NCBI GenBank assembly: GCA_963790025.1
Contig: CAWBMP010000004.1
Location: forward strand, 320,001-384,000
DNA length: 64,000 bases
Origin: Nitrospirota bacterium
Lineage (GTDB): Bacteria; Nitrospirota; Thermodesulfovibrionia; Thermodesulfovibrionales; Dissulfurispiraceae
Reading direction: 5' to 3'
Shown: piece after piece, positions 27,924 through 39,629 of the stretch
Numbering within the stretch: the first letter of the stretch is position 1
How the letters are laid out: every line of letters begins with the position of its first letter
Notes under the pieces: generated by a model
The model's database searches: none
What the model was told of the DNA's origin: nothing
The model's input: the letters and a program-made list of their open reading frames with translations, nothing else
Program-made: the position numbers and the translations under genes

Positions 27924-29435
27924 CTACTCCACTTCTGCTCCGGCCTCTTTTTCGGCTGCCACCTCTTTATTTACCACTTCGATGGAATATTGCCCTCCGG
28001 GAAGTTTCACATCGCCGTTGACGTTTATAGTCATATGGAACGATCTTTCGATCCCAACAATAACATCACGTTTCGCATTCATGAGGTAGTTCGCGCTTTC
28101 GACGGGAAGACGGCAATCTATGCTTTTGACAGTACCGGACGATGCCTTGGTGTGCATCTCCCTGAGGGCAGCGATTGCAACAGCCATATCAGACCTCACT
28201 ATGCCGGCGCCGCCACAGGACTCGCAAGCGGTATTCATAGTGTCGAGATATGCGGGCCGAAGCCGTTCCCTTGTCATTTCCACAAGGCCGAAGCGTGATA
28301 TTTCAGTTATATCGAAATGGGCCTTGTCAGCGCTTAAAGCATTTATCAAGCTCTGCTCCAGGTCACGTCTGTTTTTTGCGGAAGCCATATCAATAAAATC
28401 TACTACGATCAGCCCTCCTATATCGCGCAGGCGAAGCTGACGCGCAATTTCCTGCGCAGCTTCAAGGTTCGTTTTCAATGCCGTTGATTCCACATTCTCT
28501 TCTTTTCTGCTTCTGCCCGAGTTGACGTCGATTGCTGTAAGCGCCTCGGTTTTATCAAATACAAGGTATCCCTGTGAGGGGAGTTTTACAAACCGGTCAT
28601 TAATTTTTGCAATCTGCGCCTCGATCATGTGATTGGCAAAAATAGGCCGTTTTTCCTTATAGAATTTAATATTGATTTTGCGCCACGGCACCGTCCTTCG
28701 CAAGAAATCCTTGGTTTTCCGGAATGCCTCCCCATCATCGATAAGCACTTCCGCAACGTCGGCGGTCAAATAGTCCCTGACTGTCCGGACCGCTATATCC
28801 TGCTCTTTATAAATAAGCGCCGGCGCTGAAGACTTTTCTGCTTCGGTCTGAATCCTGTTCCAGAGCCTGGTGAGGTATTTAAGATCGTTGGGAAGCTCGT
28901 CGCCCGATATGTCACCAGAGGCAGTTCTGAGTATAAACCCCATGTCCTCAGGCAGTTTAAGCGAGTTGAACATTTCCTTAAGCCGGTCCCTGTCCTCCCT
29001 GTCCTCTATCTTTCTCGATATGCCGACCCTTTTCTGCCCCGGCATCATCACAATGTACCTGCCGGGAATGGATATATAGGTAGTTAAACTCGCCCCTTTC
29101 GTGTCCCGTTCGTCCTTCTCAACCTGGACAATTACTTCCTGTCCCTTTGATAATACATCCTGCACGCGCGCCCTCTTTCCTTCCTTCTTGTTCTGGAAAT
29201 ATCGGGGCTGTATCTCCCGCATCTGGAGAAAGCCCTGTTTCCTGGCCCCGAAGTCCACAAACGCAGCCTGGAGCCCAGGTTCCACGCGGGCGATCACTCC
29301 TTTATATATATTGCCTCTAAGATTCACCTTGGAAGAAAATTCCACATAAAAATCCACGAGAGTGTCGCCCTCTACAATCGCTACCCTTTTTTCTTCAGGA
29401 TACAGCGCGTTTATTAATATCTTCTTTTTCATCAT
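27924..29435 (-). CDS. Ribonuclease E/G family
   Basis: GNIYKG S1 domain, AIDVNSG, LRLRDIGGLIVVDFIDM, CxxC zinc link. Confidence 0.93.
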   Translation of the reverse strand: MMKKKILINALYPEEKRVAIVEGDTLVDFYVEFSSKVNLRGNIYKGVIARVEPGLQAAFVDFGARKQGFLQMREIQPRYFQNKKEGKRARVQDVLSKGQEVIVQVEKDERDTKGASLTTYISIPGRYIVMMPGQKRVGISRKIEDREDRDRLKEMFNSLKLPEDMGFILRTASGDISGDELPNDLKYLTRLWNRIQTEAEKSSAPALIYKEQDIAVRTVRDYLTADVAEVLIDDGEAFRKTKDFLRRTVPWRKINIKFYKEKRPIFANHMIEAQIAKINDRFVKLPSQGYLVFDKTEALTAIDVNSGRSRKEENVESTALKTNLEAAQEIARQLRLRDIGGLIVVDFIDMASAKNRRDLEQSLINALSADKAHFDITEISRFGLVEMTRERLRPAYLDTMNTACESCGGAGIVRSDMAVAIAALREMHTKASSGTVKSIDCRLPVESANYLMNAKRDVIVGIERSFHMTINVNGDVKLPGGQYSIEVVNKEVAAEKEAGAEVE

Positions 29436-29734
29436 TGATCCGGGTTCTCCTTTCTTTCATTATCCGCAAATTCATTTTTATTCGAGTCTCGCTCGTTATA
29501 TACCAGTTGCAGCGCTTCGCTCAGTAGGATTTCGGGGAACCTTACAGTTGCCTCAATAACGTCCCCGATCGGGTAATCAACGAAATGCCTGTCAGGATAA
29601 ACAATCCTTATGAATGGGCGTTTCAAAATATGGCAGCGTTTAACACGTCCGCTCCGGTCTGGGAAAGTAATTATTATGTTTTCGGGGTCCTCCTCAAGAC
29701 CATAACGGGCGATAAGCTCTTTAATCCCTTCCAC
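29432..29734 (-). CDS. Hypothetical protein
   Basis: ORF packed between co-directional genes, stop overlaps the next start. Confidence 0.6.
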   Translation of the reverse strand: MEGIKELIARYGLEEDPENIIITFPDRSGRVKRCHILKRPFIRIVYPDRHFVDYPIGDVIEATVRFPEILLSEALQLVYNERDSNKNEFADNERKENPDQ

Positions 29735-29740
29735 TTTATC

Positions 29741-30775
29741 TCACAACCTTATGTCGTTTATTGCATCTATGAACTTTCTCAGTCTGCCGAAGTCTCTACG
29801 GTTAAAATCAACAACAAGTCTCGGCAAATCGGCAAGCGTATCCTCATCAGCCTCCTCGGGGAGAGCACCTGAGAGGAATATATCTCCTCCTGGGATCAGC
29901 ATGTCGGAAAAGCGGTCCTTTAACTCTTTAACTGCCCGGGGACTCAGCGCTGAAGCGAGTCTGACCACTAATTTTTTCTCCACATACCGCTGGCTATGAT
30001 AGCGGCGGTAGAACCTTTTTATGCATGCAATCGCATCATTAACGGAATTGGCCTGTTCAAAAAGGTCAAAATCAGACGGGCTTAGATATCCCCCTGCCAG
30101 CAATTCATCTTCCATAAACTTCTGCCACCTGGACCAGTATGTACCGCCCGGCACATCAACGAGCACAAGCGGCATGGGATTACGCTTCCCCGTCTGAATC
30201 AGGGTAAGCGTTTCCATCGCCTCATCAAGCGTGCCGAACCCGCCGGGGAAGAGCGCAACAGCACAGCTTTCCTTCAGAAATGCCACCTTGCGGTTGAAAA
30301 AATATTTGTACGTAATAAGCCGCGGGTTGCCCTCGAGAGCCGGGTTTGGGCTTTGTTCAAAAGGAAGGCGTATATTTACACCGAAGGAATATTCCGGACC
30401 GGCCCCTTCGTTGACCGCCTGCATAATCCCGCCTCCTCCTCCGGTTATTACCATATATCCTTTCTCGGAGAGCCTTAGTCCGAAAAGCTGTGCCATGTGG
30501 TATACAGCCTCGTCCGGACTCGTTCGGGCAGACCCAAATACCGTTACCTTTCTTACGCACCGGTAAGGGCCGAAGACCTTCGAGGTAAACCTCATCTCTT
30601 TAAGCGTGGTATTCATCAGTTTCAGGTCCGCCCTCATGCCGTTTTCATTCCCTGCCTTGAGCGCAGCTATGATCATTTCCCGCACCAAGTCCGGATGGTG
30701 CACGCCAACCATCTTCATAAGCTGCTCAACAGCCTCATCTACGGGACCGTTCGTCATGGTAAAGTGAAGGCTCAT
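29741..30775 (-). CDS. LOG family (TIGR00730-like) nucleotide-binding protein
   Basis: VTVFGSART, TGGGGGIM, PGGFGTLDE. Confidence 0.9.
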   Translation of the reverse strand: MSLHFTMTNGPVDEAVEQLMKMVGVHHPDLVREMIIAALKAGNENGMRADLKLMNTTLKEMRFTSKVFGPYRCVRKVTVFGSARTSPDEAVYHMAQLFGLRLSEKGYMVITGGGGGIMQAVNEGAGPEYSFGVNIRLPFEQSPNPALEGNPRLITYKYFFNRKVAFLKESCAVALFPGGFGTLDEAMETLTLIQTGKRNPMPLVLVDVPGGTYWSRWQKFMEDELLAGGYLSPSDFDLFEQANSVNDAIACIKRFYRRYHSQRYVEKKLVVRLASALSPRAVKELKDRFSDMLIPGGDIFLSGALPEEADEDTLADLPRLVVDFNRRDFGRLRKFIDAINDIRL

Positions 30776-31070
30776 TTATTCATTCCCTCATCCCCATTTC
30801 CCGGGCGGGCTTTGAGGTCATCAAAAGAAAAAACATCAGGTTCGGATTTCATCAGCCAGTATTTTTTCGGCATGCTCACCTTTTAAGCGGACTTCTCATA
30901 ACACAGCTTTAAGAATATCATATATTCTACCCTAAAACATGTTAAGCCGCCAATCCTGTCAATTGCTTCGCTATGAATTACTTGCATTTTTGTGACATTT
31001 ACATTTACATTAAAATAGCGTTGAGGTAACATAAACTTGTTGCATAAACATCTTTGCCAGGAGGTCATCC

Positions 31071-32357
31071 ATGAAAAACAAGTTGCAGGTCCGTCTTATT
31101 TCTCAAATAATTATGTTATTGGCCGGCAGTTTCTTTTTGTTTGCAACCAGTGTCTTTGTTTTTGCCGAAGATGTGGTGAAGATCGGATTGAATTACCCTG
31201 CGACAGGTCCTTACGAAAGACAGGGAATAGATGAGAAGAGGGCCGCTGATATTGCGGTTGAAGAGATTAACGCAGCGGGCGGCATCCTGGGAAAAAAAAT
31301 ACAACTTGTTTACAGGGATTCAAAGGCCAATGCAAAAATTGCAAAAGAAAATGCGATTGAGCTTTTCGATAAGGAAGGCGTGCAGATGTTGTTCGGCGGC
31401 TCATCAAGCGCTGAGGCCATTGCCGATGGAAAGGTTGCCCTGGCAAAAAACAAAATCTTTTTCGGCACCTTAACTTACGCTACTGCTACAACCCAGGAAG
31501 AAGGCCACAGGCATATATTCAGAGAGAGTTATGACTCGTATATGGCAGCAAAGGCCCTGGCGCCTTACCTGAATCAAAATTTTGGCGGCAAGAAATATTT
31601 CTACGTTACCTCTGATTATATCTGGGGATGGACCACCGAAGACGCCATGAGAAAGTTTACGAATACAACTGACAAGGCCGTAAATGCTTCAGTCTTGACG
31701 AGGCTTGGCTCTCCGGACTTTAAGGACGCGTTGAGTGCGGCCAAGGAGAGCAATGCCCAGGTCCTGGTCCTCGTCCTTTTCGGCCACGACATGGAGATAG
31801 GAGTAAAGCAGGCTTACGAGATGGGACTGAAAAAGACCATGCAGATTGTAGTTCCAAACCTCACCCTCGATATGGCGGCCGGCGCAGGTCCGGAGGCAAT
31901 GGAGGGAATTCTCGGCGCAACCCCATGGTACTGGGACGTTCCATTTAAATTCAACTATCCTAAGGGGATTGCCTTTGTAAAGAAATTCGAGGACCAATAT
32001 AAGACATATCCCGATACGCCCGGCGCATCGGCGTACGTTATACTTTACCAATATAAGGATGCCGTGGAAAGCGCCAAAACCTTCGATACAAAGGCCGTCA
32101 TAGCAGCGCTTGAAGGACATAAGTATACCGGCTTGAAAGATGAGCAATATTGGAGACCCTGGGACCATCAGTCTGTCCAGACCGTTTACGCGGTTAAGTG
32201 CAAACCTGCGGCAGAGATCAAGAAAGATAAATATCAAGAAGATTATTTCGAAATCATCAATACCATGAAAGGCGACGATGCCGCCATAGGCCAAAAAGAG
32301 TGGGCCGATGTGAGGGCCAAGGTCGGCCTGCCTGCTTCTCTTGAGGAGGCCAAATAA
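31071..32357 (+). CDS. Periplasmic binding protein, LivJ-like family
   Basis: Signal peptide, KIGLNYPATG, EEINAAGGILG, DYIWG; AGGAGG RBS. Confidence 0.88.
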   Translation: MKNKLQVRLISQIIMLLAGSFFLFATSVFVFAEDVVKIGLNYPATGPYERQGIDEKRAADIAVEEINAAGGILGKKIQLVYRDSKANAKIAKENAIELFDKEGVQMLFGGSSSAEAIADGKVALAKNKIFFGTLTYATATTQEEGHRHIFRESYDSYMAAKALAPYLNQNFGGKKYFYVTSDYIWGWTTEDAMRKFTNTTDKAVNASVLTRLGSPDFKDALSAAKESNAQVLVLVLFGHDMEIGVKQAYEMGLKKTMQIVVPNLTLDMAAGAGPEAMEGILGATPWYWDVPFKFNYPKGIAFVKKFEDQYKTYPDTPGASAYVILYQYKDAVESAKTFDTKAVIAALEGHKYTGLKDEQYWRPWDHQSVQTVYAVKCKPAAEIKKDKYQEDYFEIINTMKGDDAAIGQKEWADVRAKVGLPASLEEAK

Positions 32358-32366
32358 GCAAAATCC

Positions 32367-32449
32367 AAGGTAAAGGTAAAGATAAAGGTAGAGGTAAAGG
32401 TAGAGGTAAAGATTTTATTCTTTGCTTTATCTGCCTTACTCTTTACCTT
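32367..32449. repeat. Inverted array of 6-mer repeats (aggtaa/aggtag)
   Basis: aaggtaaaggtaaagataaaggtagaggtaaaggtagaggtaaag ... ctttatctgccttactctttacctt. Confidence 0.75.
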
Positions 32450-32472
32450 TTCCTTGTTTAGGAGAGGTAGAC

Positions 32473-34941
32473 ATGAGGATTGGAAGAAAGCTTAATTTGA
32501 ATGCAGGCATTATACTCATCCTGATGATAGCCATAGGCGCTACCGCAGTAATCGGAATACAATTCATACAAAGCAAGGTATTTGAACTTACACAGAAGTC
32601 CACGCCTTATCAGATAAGAGTGTTTAATCTGCAGAGGGCGCTGCAGGCGCACTCGGCAAATTTACTGAAGGCCGCAGCATCGGTCTCGATGGAAGAATTC
32701 CAAAAGACTTCCGCTACCGCAAAGGAATCTCTCACTGAAGAGATACAGGCTGCGGAGGACGTATCCAAGTTAAGCGGCAAGGACACCTCTTCAAGCGACG
32801 AAATTTCCGGTATAACAAAATCAATAATTCAGATAACAGAAAAGCGCCTGACACTGGAACAGGCCACAAATGCGGCGATGGAAACCATGAGAGGACATCT
32901 TGTCGAGGCATCAAAGAGGTTAAATGCATTGGATGCCAATATAAGAAAGCTCCAGCAGGGTGCGACAGGAACGATGGTATCCAGCATCGATCGAACAGGC
33001 GCAGCGAACCAGCAGGCAATCAATTTCGCAATTATACGGGATGGATTGAAAGACCTTATGATCGGCGCCGCTCAACTGCCTGCCATAGAGGACCGGCGGT
33101 CTGCGTCTACGATAAAGAGCAATGCGGAAACAACGTCCGTTACTGTTCTTGCTGCAATCAAAGCTACGAAGTGGGCCGGTAAAACAGGGGAAGAGGTGGA
33201 AAAGAAATTCAGGCTGGCAAGCAATACGTTAGTTGAAGCAGGCAATGTCAAGCTGAAATACTTTTCGACTGAAGACGATTCGGTCAAAGAAAAGGCGGAC
33301 AAACTGGCCAAGGATGCCGGATATGAACTGTCCTACCTCCTGCCGTTCATTATAAAAGGGTTTGAAACAGCCAACGAGTCTCTTAAATCTAACAGTCATG
33401 AAATAACTAAGAGCATAGGTTCATTTTCAGAGTCTAATAATATATTGATTACAGCTTCAAACCTTATTTCGTTGAGCGGATCCATAGAGTCCAATATAAA
33501 CTACAGTTTGTCGGAAAAGAGCTCGGCGGATTTTGAAAAAACGATAACGATTATTGAAGGCGCCTTCGGTCAGGTGGATAAGACCGTTATGAAGTTGAGA
33601 GAACTGCTCGCAAAAGACAACATGGTCGAAGCCACCAGGATATATAAAGCCACGGCCGATTCCCTGATGGCGGTAAAACAAGGATTTTTAGGCAAAGAAG
33701 GTGTTGTAGAGAAAATGAGGGCTTCTCTGAAAAACATCGAAGAAGTAGCCAAATTGAATCAAAAGATGAAAGAAATCGTATCAAAACAAATAGAGGAAAC
33801 CAACAAGGAAGTAGTCACGGCCAAAACAAGCCAGGAAAGTGCCGTAGCCGCTGTAAAGGCAGCGGTTTCGACTACGGAAGGAGTAATCCTGATCATAGCC
33901 GCCATTGCTTTGGTCGCATCGTTGGCCCTGAACACAGTGATAACCCGCTCAATTACGAATCCTGTCAAAGAGCTCGAGAAAATGGCTGCGGGCTTCGGTG
34001 AAGGCGACTTCAGCATTCGCCTGGATGAATCAAGAAATGATGAGTTCGGAAATCTGGCGTTAAATTTTAATCAGGCGACAAAAAAACTGGGCGAGATCAC
34101 ATCAAAGTTGAAAGATTCGATCGTCAGATTGTCTGCGAACTCCCAAAAACTTTCAACCACGGCCGAAAGCCTTTATAGTGGGGCCATGGAGCAGGCGTCA
34201 CAGTCCGAGCAGTCGGCCACAGCGGTCACGCAGATAAGCCAAACAATAACAGACGTTGCCAAAAATGCGAGCGCTGCGGCCGGTACTTCAAAAGGCGCCT
34301 CTGATATAGCTACCCAGGGGAAGGACGTTGTTGACAGAACTGTCCGTGGAATGAACGAAATAGCAGATTCAGTAAAGGGGGCCTCCTCGACCATAGGACT
34401 GCTGAAGGAAAGTTCCGCCAAGATCGGAGATATAGTCGTGGTAATAAAGGATATATCCGACCAGACAAACCTCCTCGCCTTGAATGCAGCAATTGAGGCT
34501 GCGCGGGCAGGCGAGCAGGGACGCGGCTTTGCTGTGGTGGCAGATGAGGTCAGAAAACTTGCCGAACGCACCGGCATGGCTACACAGGAAATAGCCGATA
34601 TAATAAATGAAATACAGACTGACACTGAGAAATCTGTTTCAGCTATGGAAACTGCCCAGGTCAGGGTAGAGGAAGGGCTAAAACTTACAGGTGAGGCGAG
34701 CAATTCTCTTGAAGCGATAGTCGATGCCTCTACAAAGGGCGTGGATATGGCTCAACTGATAGCTACAGCAACCGAGGAACAGTCAGCTGCCGCAGAAGAG
34801 GTCTCCCATAGAGTAGAAGATATTGCGGATATAACAAAGAGATTAAAAAATTCTACTGCTGATATCAAGCAGGCTTCGGAGGAGCTCTCAACAGTTGCCG
34901 ATGAATTAAATCTCATGGCGTCGTGGTTTAAGTCCTCTTAA
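32473..34941 (+). CDS. Methyl-accepting chemotaxis protein with large periplasmic domain
   Basis: Two TM helices, HAMP (DEFGNL), [34 protein letters not shown]. Confidence 0.95.
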   Translation: MRIGRKLNLNAGIILILMIAIGATAVIGIQFIQSKVFELTQKSTPYQIRVFNLQRALQAHSANLLKAAASVSMEEFQKTSATAKESLTEEIQAAEDVSKLSGKDTSSSDEISGITKSIIQITEKRLTLEQATNAAMETMRGHLVEASKRLNALDANIRKLQQGATGTMVSSIDRTGAANQQAINFAIIRDGLKDLMIGAAQLPAIEDRRSASTIKSNAETTSVTVLAAIKATKWAGKTGEEVEKKFRLASNTLVEAGNVKLKYFSTEDDSVKEKADKLAKDAGYELSYLLPFIIKGFETANESLKSNSHEITKSIGSFSESNNILITASNLISLSGSIESNINYSLSEKSSADFEKTITIIEGAFGQVDKTVMKLRELLAKDNMVEATRIYKATADSLMAVKQGFLGKEGVVEKMRASLKNIEEVAKLNQKMKEIVSKQIEETNKEVVTAKTSQESAVAAVKAAVSTTEGVILIIAAIALVASLALNTVITRSITNPVKELEKMAAGFGEGDFSIRLDESRNDEFGNLALNFNQATKKLGEITSKLKDSIVRLSANSQKLSTTAESLYSGAMEQASQSEQSATAVTQISQTITDVAKNASAAAGTSKGASDIATQGKDVVDRTVRGMNEIADSVKGASSTIGLLKESSAKIGDIVVVIKDISDQTNLLALNAAIEAARAGEQGRGFAVVADEVRKLAERTGMATQEIADIINEIQTDTEKSVSAMETAQVRVEEGLKLTGEASNSLEAIVDASTKGVDMAQLIATATEEQSAAAEEVSHRVEDIADITKRLKNSTADIKQASEELSTVADELNLMASWFKSS

Positions 34942-35095
34942 GATGCCGGCGCATTTATTGCCGAATAGCGTGGAGGGAAAGTCAGCCTTGCCCATCATCT
35001 CGGATTTTTTAGGGTTTGATTTTTGGGAATATTTTGTGTGTTAATAGAAATGACAGGGCGCGTCATTCTAAACCGTACCTGATCTGGAGGGAACT

Positions 35096-35299
35096 ATGCT
35101 TAGCATGCAGGATTCTTTGGTAATACTGGCGATCGTACTTGTTATCTTCGGGGGAAAAAGGTTACCCGAAATAGCAAATGGAATGGGAAAGGCCATAAAA
35201 GGTTTTAAAAAGGAGATCAACAGGCCGGATGAAATAGAAATAACTCCTCAAAAAGATGATACCGCCAATAAAGAGAGCGAAAAACAGAACGCGAAATAA
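35096..35299 (+). CDS. tatA: Twin-arginine translocase TatA/E
   Basis: LVIFGGKRLPEIANGMGKAIKGFK. Confidence 0.9.
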   Translation: MLSMQDSLVILAIVLVIFGGKRLPEIANGMGKAIKGFKKEINRPDEIEITPQKDDTANKESEKQNAK

Positions 35300-35321
35300 A
35301 ACGGATAGCCGCAATGGACTA

Positions 35322-35879
35322 TTATTCCCCTCCCACTTGTAGGCCATGCTGTTCAGGCGGATTCTCATTCTGGTTCTCGCAAATTGCCCTATGCAAGGCT
35401 TCGGTATCAGACTCGGGCAGTATCGACTTCCAGTCCATAAACTGGGCCTCTTTCTCAAATGAACCTAACAGATCACCGTCTTTACTGTAGTCGGCTTCCG
35501 AAACCAGGCGGTACTTTTTCTCTTGGCAATTCAGTTCCTTCCGGGCCAGCGTATATTCGTAGCGATCGTAACCCTTAGTCGTAAATCCCTGCTTCTTTTG
35601 TTCCTGCACCTGCCATTCACGGCCCCTAACATCTTTTATGATACGCTTTGTCCAAACACTGGCAATGTTTATTTTGGCCATCTCAAGTTTTAAAACATTA
35701 AAAATGGTCTTATAGGGGTATTTGACAGTTTTAGCATCATAATAATAGGAAAAATACTGGTCCCCCGCATACTGCTTCCAGTCCGCCGCGCCAGCAGCGG
35801 CACTGCACAAGATACCGGCCATCAATATTACCGCAATACAGGTTTTAGCGCCCGCGGACAGACTTTTTTTATTTGGCAT
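35322..35879 (-). CDS. Exported hypothetical protein (surface-adhesin E-like fold possible)
   Basis: Signal peptide; ADWKQY...YYD, ELNC...Y, W..I.P.S..E.L...C pattern. Confidence 0.6.
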   Translation of the reverse strand: MPNKKSLSAGAKTCIAVILMAGILCSAAAGAADWKQYAGDQYFSYYYDAKTVKYPYKTIFNVLKLEMAKINIASVWTKRIIKDVRGREWQVQEQKKQGFTTKGYDRYEYTLARKELNCQEKKYRLVSEADYSKDGDLLGSFEKEAQFMDWKSILPESDTEALHRAICENQNENPPEQHGLQVGGE

Positions 35880-36012
35880 AGCTCCTTCACCTCCTATCAG
35901 CAGTCCCGGACGAATAATGCCCAGGTCAGAACACTCTATTATACCTCACACCCAAAAGAAAAAACCCTTATCCCTGATTTTTATCACTCATTTTATTGTG
36001 CTATAATTTCCG

Positions 36013-37239
36013 ATGCGTTTCATTGCCGACCTCCACATCCATTCAAAATACTCCCGCGCCACAAGCAGAAATCTGGAACCGGAATCACTCTGGAGATGGG
36101 CGCAGCTCAAGGGGATTACGGTTATAGGTACCGGAGATTTTACACATCCGCTGTGGATCAAAGAGCTGGTTGATAAACTGGAGCCTTGCGGCAGCGGCCT
36201 TTTCAGGCTCAGGGACGAACTGCATAAAGGAGACGTGCCGGACCTGTGTAAAGCAGAGGTTTTTTTCATGCTCACTGCAGAGATAAGCTGCATTTATAGC
36301 AAGAATAACAGGGTGCGCAAAATCCATGCTATTGTGCTTGTGCCTTCTTTTGATGATGCCGAAAAGATAAGCCGTTCGTTATCCAGGATAGGCAATCTCA
36401 AAGCCGACGGCAGGCCCATATTGGGACTTGATGCAAAGGCGCTCCTCGATATAGTTTTACATGAGTCTCCGGAAGGCATGCTGGTCCCGGCGCATGCATG
36501 GACGCCCCATTTCTCTGTTTTTGGCGCAAATTCGGGATTCGATTCCCTTGAAGAATGTTTCGAAGAATTAACGCCGCATATATGGGCCATTGAGACCGGG
36601 CTTTCTTCAGACCCTCCAATGAACTGGCGTCTTTCAGCTCTTGACAACATTACTCTAATGTCAAACTCTGATGCCCATTCGCCCGCCAAGATAGGGCGGG
36701 AGGCGAACATCTTTGATAGTGAAGTCTCTTACACGTCCATGATCAATGCCCTGAAGACGCGAAAGGGCTTTGCCGGCACTGTCGAGTTCTTTCCGCAAGA
36801 GGGGAAGTATCACTATGACGGACACCGTGCATGCGGCGTGAGTTTTACCCCGGCAGAGACTGTCAAACATGCCTCTCTCTGCCCCGTGTGCGGTAAAAAA
36901 GTTACGGTCGGAGTGATGCACCGGGTGGAGGACCTGGCTGACAGGAAGGCTGGCTTCAGACCTGCAGGTTCGCCGCCGTACATTTCTGTTATCCCCCTGT
37001 CTGAAATTATATCTGAAGTGCTCAAGACCGGCATCAGCAGCAAGGCGGTGGAAAGGATTTATTTCGACCTTCTTTATAAGCTCGGCAGTGAGATTACTGT
37101 CCTGATGGATACGCCGCTGGAAGATATCGGGAACGCCGGGTCCCGAAAGCTGAAAGAGGCTGTTGCAAAGATGCGGACCGGTGATGTAAACATTGTACCC
37201 GGCTATGATGGCGAGTTCGGCAGGATAAAAATCCTTTAA
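36013..37239 (+). CDS. Endonuclease Q family (PHP domain + zinc ribbon)
   Basis: ADLHIHSKYSRATS, GTGDFTHP, PAHAWTP, ETGLSSD, SNSDAHS, GKYHYDGHRAC, CPVCG, PGYDGEFG. Confidence 0.88.
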   Translation: MRFIADLHIHSKYSRATSRNLEPESLWRWAQLKGITVIGTGDFTHPLWIKELVDKLEPCGSGLFRLRDELHKGDVPDLCKAEVFFMLTAEISCIYSKNNRVRKIHAIVLVPSFDDAEKISRSLSRIGNLKADGRPILGLDAKALLDIVLHESPEGMLVPAHAWTPHFSVFGANSGFDSLEECFEELTPHIWAIETGLSSDPPMNWRLSALDNITLMSNSDAHSPAKIGREANIFDSEVSYTSMINALKTRKGFAGTVEFFPQEGKYHYDGHRACGVSFTPAETVKHASLCPVCGKKVTVGVMHRVEDLADRKAGFRPAGSPPYISVIPLSEIISEVLKTGISSKAVERIYFDLLYKLGSEITVLMDTPLEDIGNAGSRKLKEAVAKMRTGDVNIVPGYDGEFGRIKIL

Positions 37240-38009
37240 AAAAGCAGGCTGTTATCGTTCATTATCTCCTTTGCCAGAGTGATATAACCCTGTGCTCCCG
37301 TTGAATTCGGGGCATATAGGACAGCGGGCTTGCCATGACTCGGAGATTCCGCCAATATGACATTCCGGGGGATGACAGTGTCGTATACCTTTGATTTGAA
37401 CACTCTTCGCACTTCCTCGGAAATCTGACGTGATAGGGCGAGGTGCTTATTATACATGGTAAGTAATATGCCCTCGAGATCGAGCGATTCGTTAAAACTC
37501 CCGCGTACACGCCAGAGGAGTTTGATCAGGAGGCTTAACCCTTCCACCGCGAAATACTCGCACTGGACCGGGACAATGACGGACTCTGCCGCGACGAGGG
37601 CGTTGAGCGTAAGAAGACCGAAGGAGGGCGGACAGTCGATGAATATATACTGATACTTGTTTTTAAGAGGGTTTAAAATGTTCTTAAGGGTATTTTCACG
37701 TTTGTTTTTTTCAAGAAGTTCCATCTCAGCAGCGAACAGGTCCATCGAAGTGGGCAGAACGTGGAGATTGGGAATAAGCGTCTGCACAAGGGCGTCCTCC
37801 ACCTGGGACTTGCCGATATAGACCTCATAGAGGTCCCCCTTTATCTTGTCTTTTTTAATACCGAACCCACTGGTCAGGTTGCCCTGCGGATCGGAATCTA
37901 CTACAAGGATCGGCACCTCGGACAAGGCCAGCGATGAAGAAAGATTGAGCGCCGTCGTTGTCTTGCCTACGCCGCCCTTTTGGTTCGTTATGGCGATTAT
38001 CTTACCCAC
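37236..38009 (-). CDS. parA: ParA/Soj family ATPase
   Basis: NQKGGVGKTTT, DPQGN, IDCPP, IPRNVILAESPSHG. Confidence 0.9.
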   Translation of the reverse strand: MGKIIAITNQKGGVGKTTTALNLSSSLALSEVPILVVDSDPQGNLTSGFGIKKDKIKGDLYEVYIGKSQVEDALVQTLIPNLHVLPTSMDLFAAEMELLEKNKRENTLKNILNPLKNKYQYIFIDCPPSFGLLTLNALVAAESVIVPVQCEYFAVEGLSLLIKLLWRVRGSFNESLDLEGILLTMYNKHLALSRQISEEVRRVFKSKVYDTVIPRNVILAESPSHGKPAVLYAPNSTGAQGYITLAKEIMNDNSLLF

Positions 38010-38060
38010 GTAAATCTATTGTATCTCTAGACCGGGTGCGGCTGCGAAATGCTGCTGTTG

Positions 38061-39629
38061 TTAATCCCAGTTCCGGCTGTTCAGTTCCGGCAGTTCAGGG
38101 TTCGTGTTTTGAAGACGATACTTTTTTATTTTATATCCTATCTGCCGTGGTGTAAGGCCGAGCAGCCTTGCGGCCTTTGCCTGAATCCAGCCGGTCCTCT
38201 TGAGGGCAGCAATGATTTTGGTCCTCTCAATGTCTTCTATTGCCGAGGGAAGCGCATCTTTCATCTGCATCGCATAACGGGCCTTTATCAACTGTTCCCT
38301 TATGTTCAGAGGAAGATCTGATTGGCTTATGACCGCCCCGCCGGACATGACTACCAACCGCTCTATCGTGTTTTCGAGTTCCCTGACGTTACCGGGCCAT
38401 TCATAATTAAGAAATGAATTAAGGGCCTCAGGTGTAATGACGACAGACTTCTGGTTGTCCTGATTATATTTCCTCAGGAAGTATTCCACAAGCAGCGGGA
38501 TATCCTCCCTTTTTTCACGGAGAGCGGGGAGGAAAACGGGGACCACGTTGAGGCGGTAATAAAGGTCTTCCCTGAATCTGTTATTCGAAACGAGTTCTTC
38601 AAGGTTCCTGCTCGTTGCGGCGATGAGCCTCACATCGACCTTGAATGTTTTTTCGCCGCCCACCCTCTCGAATTCTTTTTCCTGGAGCACCCTCAGTATC
38701 TTCGGCTGAAGACCGATCGGAAGGTCACCTATTTCATCGAGGAATATAGTGCCGCCGTCCGCCAGTTCAAACCGTCCCTTCCGTGCAGCCATTGCTCCGG
38801 TGAACGCCCCTTTCTCATGTCCGAACATTTCCGATTCAAGAAGCCCTTCAGGAATAGACGCGCAGTTGAACTTTATAAACGGCCCCTGTGCTCTGGCGCT
38901 CATGTAGTGTATTGCCTTTGCCATAAGCTCTTTCCCGGTGCCGCTTTCACCGCGCAGGAGCACATTTGCTTTTGACGGGGCCACTTTGTGGATGGATTCG
39001 AACACTTCCTGCATGCGGTCGGAATTGCCGATGATATTCTTTAAGGTGTATTTACCTTTTAACTGTTGTTTGAGGTCCTCTTTTTCCTCAAGGAACGCCT
39101 CACGCTCTTTCTCGATCTCCTGGTGGAGCCTCACCGATTGCGCGATCAAAGAGGCAATGATCTTCAGCAGCCTCACATCCTCTTCAAACGATATCCGGGT
39201 TGACCCAAAAAGCCTGTCGACGCTGAGAACGCCAAGCACGTAGTTCTTAAACTTTATTGGGACGCATAAAAAAGCGATATTTTCTTTCCGTATAGTTTGC
39301 CGCGCCCCGGTCCGGTTGAGAAAGAGCGGTTCTTCACCTATATTGGGGATAACGATAGGGGACCCGTGTTTTGCGACTTGTCCAATAATACCTTCTCCAA
39401 GCCTGTATCTTCCACGCTTGATTTCTTCCTCGGACATTCCGTAGGCCGCTATTATGGAGACTACACTATTGTCCCGAAGCGCAACTGTTCCGCGGTTCAT
39501 ATCAAGGTATTCCGAGAGCATTCTCATAACGCCCCTGAGGTTGGACCTGAGATTCAGAGAGGAGCCGAGAAGCTTGCTTATCTCATAGAGAGCAGTCATC
39601 TCCAGGGTCTTGTTATCATTACGGGCCAT
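38061..39629 (-). CDS. NifA-like sigma54-dependent activator (GAF-AAA+-HTH)
   Basis: GAF region, [24 protein letters not shown], Fis-type HTH. Confidence 0.92.
   Translation of the reverse strand: MARNDNKTLEMTALYEISKLLGSSLNLRSNLRGVMRMLSEYLDMNRGTVALRDNSVVSIIAAYGMSEEEIKRGRYRLGEGIIGQVAKHGSPIVIPNIGEEPLFLNRTGARQTIRKENIAFLCVPIKFKNYVLGVLSVDRLFGSTRISFEEDVRLLKIIASLIAQSVRLHQEIEKEREAFLEEKEDLKQQLKGKYTLKNIIGNSDRMQEVFESIHKVAPSKANVLLRGESGTGKELMAKAIHYMSARAQGPFIKFNCASIPEGLLESEMFGHEKGAFTGAMAARKGRFELADGGTIFLDEIGDLPIGLQPKILRVLQEKEFERVGGEKTFKVDVRLIAATSRNLEELVSNNRFREDLYYRLNVVPVFLPALREKREDIPLLVEYFLRKYNQDNQKSVVITPEALNSFLNYEWPGNVRELENTIERLVVMSGGAVISQSDLPLNIREQLIKARYAMQMKDALPSAIEDIERTKIIAALKRTGWIQAKAARLLGLTPRQIGYKIKKYRLQNTNPELPELNSRNWD

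Noticed and set aside
38061..39629. Calling the activator nifA and inferring nitrogen fixation
   Set aside because: GAF-AAA-HTH architecture is shared by many activators; no nif genes in the window
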